From: Massalongia carnosa
Lineage: Eukaryota
DNA length: 64,000 nt
Assembly (NCBI GenBank): GCA_965645245.1
Contig: OZ287082.1
Coordinates: forward strand, 806,001-870,000
Direction: 5' to 3'
Made by a program: the position numbers and the translations under genes. Position 1 is the stretch's first letter; each line of letters starts with the position of its first letter. Under the pieces are notes generated by a model that saw nothing but the letters and a program-made list of their open reading frames with translations, had not been told where the DNA came from and did not search any database. Shown piece by piece: positions 24,501 through 35,788 of this stretch.

Positions 24501-25900
24501 GCAGATTGTGAGGCTGCTGCTCGATTACGGCGCCGTTTTCAATGCTCAGGATCTAGACGGTGATAACGCACTACTTATATTAGCTTCTTGTAGAGGCGAC
24601 GAGCAGATTGTGAGGCTGCTGCTCGATAACGGCGCCGACGTCAATGCTCAGGATCGAGACGGTGATAACGCACTTATATTAGCTTCTTGTAGAGGCGACG
24701 AGCAGATTGTGAGGCTGCTGCTCGATAACGGCGCCGACGTCAATGCTCAGGATCGAGACGGTGATAACGCACTTATATTAGCTTCTTATAGAGGCGACGA
24801 GCAGATTGTGAGGCTGCTGCTCGATAACGGCGCCGACGTCAATGCTCAGGATCGAGACGGTGATAACGCACTTATATTAGCTTCTTATAGAGGCGACGAG
24901 CAGATTGTGAGGCTGCTGCTCGATAACGGCGCCGATGTCAATGCTCAGGATCCAGACGGTGATAACGCACTTATAATAGCTTCTAATAGAGGCGACGAGC
25001 AGATTCTGAGGCTGCTGCTCGATAACGGCGCGGCGCCGACGTCAATACGCCGAAGGACATTTGTAAGGCACTCAAGGTTTCCGGTGACAGTGACCGTGTC
25101 GAAGTCGTCAAGCTAGTTCTAGAGGCCGGTTCTAATCTCAAATCTCTTGATTGTGACTATGATTCCTTCATGCATCTCCTTGCCCTTCAAGGTCATACGG
25201 ATTTATTGCGCTTAATCTACGATCAATACTATGAAACTCCACTTCTGCTTGATCTACACGGTGGAACGCCACTTCAGCTTGCCGCCAGAGGCGGGCATTT
25301 CAAAGATTTTCAGTATCTCCTCAGTCTAGGCTTTGACCCTGCAATGACTGATGCAAAGAGAGAAAACCTGTTACACTATGCTTCTTCTGGAGGTTCATTG
25401 GAGATTCTCAACGCAGTACTACATATGGGCTGTCTCTCCCACACAAAGAGCGAACATTGGAGCCCAACTCACTGGGCCTGTAGGAACGGAAATCCTCATC
25501 TCGTGGAGAGACTGATCAAGGAAGGAATCCAAAGTGACAGCGTCACCGTCCTCAAGCCAGAAGGCCAATGGAGCCCTATCGCCATCGCCATATTCCATGG
25601 AAAAGGAAAGATGCTTAAAGAGCTTTCCGAACATTCTATGTCTCTACTAGACACAGGCGAAGATACTGTGCGACTCCACGGTAAACGTCACGAGGGTTAT
25701 TTTTGCAATGGCTGCTTTTATGTGAGTGAATAGCTTGACAAAACCTAAACACAACTCACATTATCTAGGATATCTACGGACCGCGCTTCCGCTGCAGCAC
25801 ATGTTCAGATTTTGATTATTGTTTTATATGCAACCTTTTCTTAAGTCATCGACATGAGAATCACGAATGGAATTGTTTCGAACCTTTTATGGAAGACTAA
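21501..25900 (+). CDS. Fungal NLR: HeLo-like/SesA-like N-terminus, NACHT, ankyrin repeats, ZZ-type zinc finger; frameshifted at 25026-25035
   Basis: MDPISTTASIIAILQLS N-terminus, Walker A GIPGSGKT, Walker B VVIDAVDEC and many ANK repeats. Predicted introns 21911-21964, 22823-22874 and 25722-25768. Last exon IYGPRFRCSTCSDFDYCFIC. Confidence 0.92.
24110..25030 (+). repeat. Near-identical 99-bp ankyrin-repeat units
   Basis: Repeated gagcagattgtgaggctgctgctcgataacggcgccgacgtcaatgctcag... Confidence 0.93.
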
Positions 25901-25927
25901 AATGATATGATATAAAGAACGTTGTTT

Positions 25928-28900
25928 TGTTAGAATGTACAAATCAGGCTACTTCATTTCAGCCGCACTCACCTTCTACCGCACGAGTATGACGCACGCT
26001 AATGGCTAGCCGTATCGCTAGTCTAATACTAGGATACCGTACATTGTCTATAAATCTAGCTATTCCCACTATATAGAACAAAAGCAAGCGTTCTATCTTC
26101 TATCTACTATACTACCTTTTGAAAGGTTATGAGCCCGGCCGCAGGGCGCCTCTTTACATGTATTTGCTTGTCTTACTTTACCTACCCTAACACAAGCCTC
26201 CTTACCGTTGTGGAGGGGTGGAGTGGAACTCCACCGGGTCGGTGATGAGTCAGGTGATTGGTCATGTGGTCGGGTGCTGGCGTCTTGGCGTTCCGGTTAT
26301 ATGAGTCTTTTTCTCGCACTTTCCTTCTCATCTTTCGGGATATCCATCTTCGGATCATACTGCTATCAACACATACAGCTATCATAGACACTTTCGTTCA
26401 TACAGCTAGTCGGCCATTGATGGGCATGACGATTTATTCATCGATGCAGTGAGGCTCTGTTGATTTGGTCATTTGTTTGTTTGTTTCATCCTTCTATCGT
26501 TCGCCACCACCCAGTTTATCCCTTCACACCGTCGCAAACAATTACCGTCGCGAATAATCTCCTACAAAAAATCCGACAAAAATCGACACATGAAATAGTC
26601 AGCAGTGTTTGAGATGGCTAAGCACTACTATCGGGCGCCCGGCTTCTTCTTTGCCCCTTACTAAACGAACGCTAACAAAGATTTTAACAGGCACCTCCTT
26701 ACACTTCGTTTCGATGTCTCGGATGATCTACATTCCCAACAAAAAACCGGGAATGTGACATCCAGATGTCTCGGATGATCTACGTTCCCAATAAAAAACC
26801 GGGAACGTGACATCCACTTCACTTTGATGTCTCGGATGATCTACATTCCCAACAAAAAACCGGGAATGTGACATCCAGGTGTCTCGGATGATTTACATTT
26901 CCAATACAAAACCGGAAATGTGACATTCACGTCGATGTCTCGGATGATCTACATTTCCAATAAAAAACCGGGAATGTGACATCCAGATGTCTCGGATGAT
27001 CTACGTTCCCAACAAAAAACCGGGAATGTGACATCCATTTGGATGAAACGAAATCTCCCTGCAATCGATTTTGCCCTCTATTCATAGTCAGCATCTGCGT
27101 ATCAGTTATAAGACTGCAGGATTATGGCTTCGAGCAACAAAAAACGCTCTCGATTTATCAATCCCAAAGGCACAACTAAACGCCTCAAATCTATCTTTGC
27201 ACCTGCATCTGCTTCTGCATTTAGATCTATTATATCAATCACTGCCCCATTCCTACGTGGCACTCTTGCCGAGATCCAATGACTCTCAGAGCCTCAACCA
27301 AATAATAGGCCGGCAATAAGGCTTGAACGAGATTCTCAACATACATTACAGGCGGCTAGTGCGCCAATCATTGCTTTTCTCTTAGAGGATAACTCAGATT
27401 AATCAAAATTGGATTGCTTTGTACCATCATCCCTGAGCCTCCAGTCACTCCCGGTCAGTCCACATCAAAATCGGACCTAGAACCGCCCAGCGACTGTGAT
27501 CCTTTCAGTCTAAGAGCCAGAACCAAGTCACCAAGCACTTATAATAGCACTCCGTCGGAATCCGGTAAAACCAAACACCAGTTCAAGCCAGTCCGTTAAC
27601 AAGGACAATCCATCAAGCTCTTCCAATAAACCCTTTCCATCATGAGTGAAAAAATCTCTGGGTCGGGGTCCTATAGCGCTATTGATAGGATCCCTAAGCT
27701 AGTGGACCACGAGGGTTATCCAGCATGGAAGCGAGCCATGCGGGATTGCCTCAAAATGATAGATATTTGGATCTATTGTGATAACACCCAAGCTGCACCA
27801 CGCCCAAACGCTCCCAATGATGGCTTCAACAAATGGAAAAAGGGCCAAGATAAGGCCTGCACTGCTCTTCGATTAGCTTGTGAAGGAAATGTCTACACCG
27901 ATATAGAAGATCATACTACTGCTTCCGTCGCCTGGGACCTGCTTGAGTCAAACTATAAGCCTCGCGGTTCGGGATTCCTCAATGACACCTTCAGAAAATT
28001 AGACAGCCTTATCCTATCGGATTGCAGCAGCCCTGCAGACTACGTTACCCAATTTCGCGCCACGGTCAATAAGCTTCGCACCTTCTCAAGCAAGCTAAGC
28101 CTGGACGAAAACTGGCTTATCTATCGCTTCCATACCAATTTAGGCATCGAATACAACAGCTATTTCCAACGATACGCTCAGGATCATGATCCTTTCAATG
28201 AAATCGGTGAACCCAAGCACACGTTAAGTCAGGCTATGCAGCATTTCCAAAACACGGTGACCAACCCAAGCAAGTCCAGCGATAAGGCCATAATCGCAAT
28301 GGCAGCTGTTTCAAACGCTCAAACCCAAGCAGGAGCACAATCCGGAACAGCCCATTCTCGAATCATCACCAAGACCATCAAGTACTGCAACCACTGCCGA
28401 AAGGACTATCACGTAGAGAGCGAGTGTCGTGAAAAATATCCACACCTCGTTAACCAAGACTCACAGCGTAAGTCCAATAAGCGTCGCAGGAATTCCAAAA
28501 GTCATGGTCAAAGTCAAAAGCCAACCGGAAACAATGACTCAACCAAAGGAGCCTTCTGCGCCTACATGGCCACCGCGGATATAACCAAAATATCTAAGCT
28601 CTGGATCTGTGACTATGGAACTAGCCAACATATTACCCACGATCGCTCCATCTTCACCTCATTCAAGACATCCGATTGCCCACCAATTCAAGGTATTGGA
28701 GGAGTATTAATTCCCAAAGGAATAGGTAACGTCATGTTGCGGTGTGCCGGTAACGAGGGTCTTCGGGAGTTCCCTCTTTTCGATGTGTAATACGTTCCGG
28801 ACGGAGGCCTAAATCTCATCTCCAAGGACAATTACAACGAGATGGATGGCCCCTGAAGATCGTACCAGAGGGAATTGAAATCGGGAACTATGGTATCACC

Positions 28901-31298
28901 GCTCGCCGCCAGGACAACAATCTGTATATCCTGAACATGTGGAACATCTCTGAAGCCGCTCTCGCTCTCGCTGCAATTAATAGCGAGGCGATAAAAATGT
29001 GGCACGCTCGTTTAGGCCATCTTGGAAATCAAAACATTCTCAAGCTCGCTGGCATGTCAAAAGGAATGGACCTCATCAAGCCCCCGCCCCAAGACGCCTA
29101 TCCTCCGTGCGCCATCGCTCAGTCCCAAGTAGAACCACACCGGGCCCCCATCCAACCAGGCAAGCACCCGCTGGACTTAATTCACAGCGATGTCCAAGGA
29201 CCTTTCCCAGAAGCCTTGAACGGCGCCAAATATATGGTGATCTTTCTTTGCGATTTCGATAAACGGTCCCACGTCACCTTACTGCGCGTCAAAAGCGGAG
29301 TCCTTCAAGCTTTTAAAAACTACAAGAAGCAAAATGAATATGGGGACAAACGAATTAAGCGCTTGCGATCGGACTGTGGGGGTGAGTATGACTCCAAGGA
29401 CTTCGAGAATTTCAGAAACGAGCATGGCATTCAGTGGGAACCTACCGTACCGGGAAATCCACCCATGAACGGGACAGCCGAGCGCCTATGTCAAACGCGT
29501 CACAAGTTAGCCAGCACCATGCGAGAAGGCGCTAAACTCGACATCAAATATTGGGCTGAGATAGTTCTCACTGCCAACTACCTAAGAAATCGACAACCAA
29601 CTGCGGGACGCTCCATCACCCCCTACGAGTCTCACACCGGCAGCCCACCAGAACTAGGACATCTAAGGATAATAGGACAGACTGGCTATGCGCAAAATCG
29701 CAAGCCCTCCACCGGATGGAAGAAATTTCAGGAACGAGCCACCAAATGTACTTTAGTAGGATACGAAGGCGATCACATCTATCGAATGATAAATCCAGGG
29801 GGCGCGGTCATGCGTTATTCCAATGTTTAGTGGATGGATAACAATCCCCCAACTCCTCCTTCCTTATCATTCTCTCAAATTAAAAGAGCCCTACATGTTG
29901 GACAGTCAGGACCGCCCACAAGAAAGCAAAAAATTACCCATCATACGGACGCCCTTCATACGGACTTAATCGACGCTCATGAATCCATAGAATCAATTCC
30001 CACTGGACCTCTTCCATCAAACGCTGGACAAGAGGCATTGGCAAACCAACGGCCCATTGAGCCTCGGTCCCAGGCAGATATTCTCTCTAAGCACCCAAAA
30101 CTTCGTGCCCCCTCGCTTGACCCACTAGCTCTCTTGGCTCTTCTTGCTCGAGCCAATGACCCGGAGCCATACAAGCCTAAAACCTATAAACAGGCCGTAG
30201 AGAGTCGGGAGGAAAAGAATTGGCGAGGACAATGCAGGAAGAAATTGACTCTATCAACGAAAATGATACCTGGATCCTCACCTTCCTGCCCCCGGACCGC
30301 AAAGCCCTGCGAGGCAAATAGGTTTACAAAATCAAACGAGGCCCGGCTGGCGAGATTCTTCGTTACAAGGCTCGATGGGTAGTCAGAGGCTTTGAGTAAC
30401 GTGAAGGCATTGACTACAATGAGACTTTTGCTTCAGTGGTGAAGCCAATGAGCTAAAGCCATCTTCGCTATCGCTGCAGCCAATGACTGGGAAATTCACC
30501 AAATGGACGTAAAAACAGCCTTCTTGTACGGAAGGGTGGACGAGGAAATCTACGTGGAGCAACCAACCGGTCTGGATGACGGGTCAACGAGAGTTTGCAA
30601 GTTAAAGAAAGATCTTTATGGCCTGAAACAGTCGTCTAGAATCTGGTATGAAACGATCACTACTTTTTTCAAGTCTCATGAATTCGTTCCAGTCAACGCC
30701 GACCTTAGCGTTTTCGTTAAAGAAGGGGTTATCGTAGCCATTTATGTCGATGATTTAATCATCACTGGCTCTTCTTCTTCCGAGATACAATGTGTCAAGA
30801 AACTGCTGAGTGACGAGTTCTCGATGGTTGATTTAGGCCCTATCAATTATTACCTGGGCATGACGATAACTCGGGATCGGGCTAATAGGATTCTTCGCCT
30901 TGGTCAGCAGGCCTATCTGGAAAAAATACTACGCGACCAAGGCATGTGGGACACTAACTCCGTGGCTACTCCGATGGATGGGCGACTGGAGGCTGCACCA
31001 GAGGGCCATCAGGCCACAGATGACTCCCGCCTCCGCTACCAATCAGCGGTGGGCTCTCTCATGTATGCTATGCTAGGCACCAGGCCTGACTTAGCCTACG
31101 CCGTAATGGTGATCAGCCGCTATGCCTCGAACCCGACCGACACGCACTGGAAGGCAGTCAAACGCATCTTTCGATACATCAAGGGCACTCTTCCGTTGCA
31201 GTTAACATACAAAGGTCACTTACAACCCTTGAACGGTTACACTGACGCGGATTGGGCCGGAGATCATCAGACCCGAAGGGCTACCTCTGGCTTCGTGT
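25928..31298 (+). mobile_element. 3'-truncated, degenerate Ty1/Copia element (Copia-2)
   Basis: 5' LTR 25928-26124, PBS ggttatgagccc at 26125-26136. Gag/PR 27642-28790 (CNHC..H...C), IN 28937-29830, RT 30503 onward (IYVDD). Ends inside RNase H (YTDADWAG..ATSGFVF). Confidence 0.92.
26713..27037. repeat. About 52-60-bp tandem repeat, 6 copies, each self-complementary, in the Copia-2 5' UTR
   Basis: Unit gatgtctcggatgatctacattcccaacaaaaaaccgggaatgtgacatcca. Confidence 0.9.
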
Positions 31299-34200
31299 TT
31301 CCTTACGGCCTCCTCTCCGCATTATTTGATAATTTGGTACTGTTCCGCAAGCCGCCTTCACTTTTTCGGGTTAAATCTAACCGCATGAGGTTGGATCTAA
31401 CCAAATGAGGTAGTCTTGCCTAAAGTAGCAGGGGAGTTCTTTCAGTACTATATAGCTTAAGAATACGTAGTGTGACTGCTAGCTCGTACGCATCCTAGAT
31501 GAGTAGTAAAATAGGTGTTTACTAGTTAAGATTTACACAGGTGGGGGGAGAGGGTCGGGGCGGGACTGTCTCTAAACATCTCGCTTTCTATTCTGTTTCT
31601 CATTTATGTGTTCGATAGAAGCCTGTGAGTTTCTGTTAGATGAGTAATTTTCTTAAACATGATAAATACTATAATCTTATCAAGAGTGTTCAGAAGTGCT
31701 GTGAGACGATAGACGTTCGGAATTGTATAGTCGTCTTTGTCTATTGTTGCGGGGTCATACGTGGTATATAGATGATCAGGTTACAGGGCAGGCCTGTGTA
31801 AACGAGAGTCGGGATAATAGGGGCTTTTTGCTGTCGTTTTCTCCTGCATCTTCACATCTCTACACATACATCTCAAACCTTTACATCTTTTCATATATCT
31901 ACATATACACCTCGACACAAATTATCTTTGTTACATAGTCAAAGTGACAACACATTTATCTGTGCAGTTATCTGGTCCAGTTCATCACATGTTTGTCACG
32001 GTTTAACTACATCCACCCAAGGCCAATTAAAGGGAAGTACGGCACTACCGGCGCACTAACCGATTCCGTTACTCAACCCTTTTAGCGGTGGATTAGACGG
32101 ACATATAGACCGAAAGCTCCGGGACCTTAAACCTTATTCTATCTACGGAAACCGTAGATAGCCTGTCACTATTAAGCAAACATATGGGCAATGAACGAAG
32201 GTCTGAAAGAAATAAAAGGGACGTATCGGAACGACCTTTCAAGGCAAACACAAATAGATAAAAGGGACAAAGGCAGGAAGACTATTTGACTAAATTGTTC
32301 ACTTATTAATAGAGATATAAGCAGCTAGATCGGGCCAAGCGATTATCTACGTAGATTCCTAGAGAGGGAACCTTTTTCTTGTTTCCTCTCTGCATCATTG
32401 ATATTTTCTAGTGCATAGTTTCCTAGTAGATAGTCAATTCCACATCCTGGTTGAACCGTTATATTGTCTTTTCACTTCTTTCTTTTGTTTATTGGACTAA
32501 TCGTCATAATTTCATGAATGATTCAGTGACTTTTTCTATTTTCTTGCGAAACGATACTCTTTTAACTTTTTGATAAACTTTTAGTTTTCTATGATGAGAC
32601 TTCGTATATATTAATCGTCGGCTCGCTTACCTCCGGGATCCGACTTGAAAAAATGTCGACCGCATTTTAGTCGGGGAAAGCGCTTGCATCCCGGAAAGCG
32701 GTTGCATCCCCCAAATTCAAATTTCTTCATCTTTTTGATCATTGACCAACAACCACATTAATTATAAATTAGCCGATACCGTACATAGCTTGAAAATCAT
32801 TTCTCCGACCCAACTGATTATCAATTCAAATCCTTTCCTTTCGAATCAATCCCCTGAACCAATCTCCCCTTTCGAATCATGGATAACGACGCCTCTCTTG
32901 TCTCCACTTTCAACCCCATGGAAAGATTGAAAAAGGTGAAGGAATTTCTGACAAATCATCCCCAAGAAAGTAAAACGGCTGCAGCTAGAATCTACAATAT
33001 CAACGTCAAAACTTTGACGTCTTCCATTCGTCGACCAGAAGGGAGGAAAATTGGAGGACAAAATCAGATACTGAGGGAGCATGAGGCAAGGTCAATTACT
33101 GGCTTTATTAAGTTATTGATTCATGGAATTCTTCCTACACATCAGATGGTTTTCAAGGCTATTGTAAGTCTGAAAATGGCCTATAACCCCCTCGAGGTAG
33201 GCCCGTCAAGAAGATAGTTTCGGAGCTGGTGGAAATATAACAAACTTCATAAAATAAGTGTCACGGTTCTACTCGGCACTACTTCGGTAGACTGGAGCGG
33301 AACAAGCCACAAGCCGAAGTCACGGGATCGCGTGTGCGCGCTAGACTCATCGCGGCATTCACGGTTTCCATAGCTGGTCAATGCTCGAACCTTCTAGATC
33401 CTTCCACGAGTCGGTCGAGGGCTAGGGGCCGCTGGACTATATAGGAGCGAGATTTGTCTTTCAATTGATCATTTCTTCTTCATCTTGATTGTATTCGTTT
33501 CTAGTGTCCCTATGACTTGTCTCTAGGTAGATCATAACATTACAATAAAGATCGTCTTCATCTATTATCCTACGTGAGGGATGTAAAAGAACTCACCGAA
33601 TCGAGGACTGAAGAAAGAACGACCCTTTCATTAGGCAAGTCGTACGAACCAGAGCCAGAACCACCAGAACCTTCAGAACCACCCAGACCCAGAAGAACCA
33701 TCCTCGGTGGCGGATGTAAAAGAACCCCACATCGGAACGACAACGAGCGACCCTTGCACTAGTTAGGCCAGTCGTACGAACCAGAACCAGAACCAGAACC
33801 AGAACCACCAGACACCAGACACCAGAAACCAGAAACCAGACAGCAGGCACCAGACACCAGACATCAGACCCCAGACACCAAAGCACTGACTGCACCGAAA
33901 TTACCGGAAAATCGACGAAAGAGCTTGGAAAGACACGGGAAACCTTGGCAAAGAATCGGAAGCACTTCAGCTAATGAACCAGTTTCACCGCTGACTACTG
34001 ACTGCCTGCACCGCTTGCACCGCCTAGTTCGCGCTCAGGTGATCGCGATTTAAAGCGAAGGGTAGTGTCACGATTCTACACGGCACGACCTCTGCACTCG
34101 GCACCGCCTAGGGCAATCGTAGATGGAACACGCAGGCGCTTTCGATTTCGTTCCCGCAGCTGCTAGAAGGTTCCATGACGACTATACCACATGGGTACTA

Positions 34201-34570
34201 GCGCAGTAGAGGATATATAGGGGCAGGTTCTGGTTGTCGATTGTCTTTTTCCTTCTTCATCTTTATTGTATTCGTTTCTAGTGTCCCTATGACTAGTCTC
34301 TAGGTAGATCATAACATTACAATCAAGATCATTTACCTTCGCTATCCTTCGTGAGGGATATAAAAGAACTCACCTGAAGCACGAAGACACTGAAAAGAAA
34401 CCGAACCTGAACCAAAATGATGAACTGAAACGAAACCAGAAGAACCAGAGACCGCCACTGCGTTGGCACCGAACCGAACCGAACCGAACCGAACCAAACC
34501 CAGAAAACGAACCTAGAAGAACCGAAGGAAGCCTCCCCTACAGTGATGGCGCGACCCATGATAATCGAAG

Positions 34571-35788
34571 ATGACCTCCCAACTAGAAGGGAGTCCATCA
34601 TTTCCAGAAACCCGAGGAACTGACGACGAACTAGAAGTAGCTGAACCTATGATGGTGGAGAACGTGCGACAATTGAAGGCATGGATGGAGCATGACCCAC
34701 AAGCGGTATCCGACATGTTCCAGGATCTGAAGGCCACCTACCTCGACAATCTCATCCGCCATGGTAACGCGGTCGGAAAGATGGAATGTTTTCGAGATAG
34801 GATAAACCAGCTAGAGGGAATTGTGGAGTACCAGAAGGAGGAACTCAGGGAGGCACGGCGTCAGGCCACCAAGGAACCAACCCGAGAATCACCACGCCCT
34901 CGCTCTCCTTCTCACACACCCAGCACCCAGGTGACCGATGGAACGGACAAGAAGAAGTCCATGAAACTCCCTGACCCACCCATCTTTACCGATGGAAAAG
35001 AGATTTCCATTGACCATTGGCTAACGAAGATGCGGAGCAAACTAGCGGCCAATGATGACCACATGCCGACAGAAGTCCTAAAGAAGGCATACGTGGAGAA
35101 CCGGGTCGGTGGCGAAGCTATGGGTCACCTTGAACCTCGACTTCGGAAAGGTGCCATCAGACCCTTTACGACGGCCGAGGAAATGTTCGACCAATTAGAA
35201 CGCATATACGGCGACCCTAACCGCAAGCGGACCGCCATGAACAATTTCCGATCGCTCAAACAAGGAAGCAAGGACTTCAACACCTTTTGGGCCGAGTTCC
35301 AACGTCTAGCAGCTGAGTTGGACCATAACGAGGAAACGCTAATCGGTGAATTGAAGTATAAGCTCTCTTGGGAAATGAGCAGACAATTGGCTACCGGCGA
35401 CCTGGAACCGACCGACCTATACGAATTCGCGCAGAAGTGTCAACGCCTTTACCAGAGCCTCAAGGAGTCGGACCGAAGTAAGGCCAGCATGGAACGGTTC
35501 GCCGAGAAACGTGCTAGCATGGCTCAGAGCACCCCGAGCACCTCCGCTACAAGGACAACCACGACGGCCACCACCAAGACCTACGTGCCGCCCCGCCCGA
35601 CCTCCAACCCATCTACACCAAGGACCACTTACTACATGTCAGACGAGGAAAAGGAGCGACTGACAATGGAAGGTCGTTGTTTCTTTTGCAAGGAAACGGG
35701 ACATTTATCTAGGGACTGCGAAAAGAAGAAGAATCGGCCAGCGAGAATACAGGAGATCGCTGAGGAAGCCAATTCGGGAAAAGAATGA
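34571..35788 (+). CDS. gag: Gypsy gag (retrotransposon gag domain, CCHC knuckle)
   Basis: Intact 405-aa ORF with KLPDPPIF, FWAEFQRLA and CFFCKETGHLSRDC. Confidence 0.94.
   Translation: MTSQLEGSPSFPETRGTDDELEVAEPMMVENVRQLKAWMEHDPQAVSDMFQDLKATYLDNLIRHGNAVGKMECFRDRINQLEGIVEYQKEELREARRQATKEPTRESPRPRSPSHTPSTQVTDGTDKKKSMKLPDPPIFTDGKEISIDHWLTKMRSKLAANDDHMPTEVLKKAYVENRVGGEAMGHLEPRLRKGAIRPFTTAEEMFDQLERIYGDPNRKRTAMNNFRSLKQGSKDFNTFWAEFQRLAAELDHNEETLIGELKYKLSWEMSRQLATGDLEPTDLYEFAQKCQRLYQSLKESDRSKASMERFAEKRASMAQSTPSTSATRTTTTATTKTYVPPRPTSNPSTPRTTYYMSDEEKERLTMEGRCFFCKETGHLSRDCEKKKNRPARIQEIAEEANSGKE

Noticed and set aside
25928..26124. Apparent conserved NLR 3' flank repeated three times
   Set aside because: It is the 5' LTR of Copia-2, directly followed by the PBS; the other two copies are solo LTRs.
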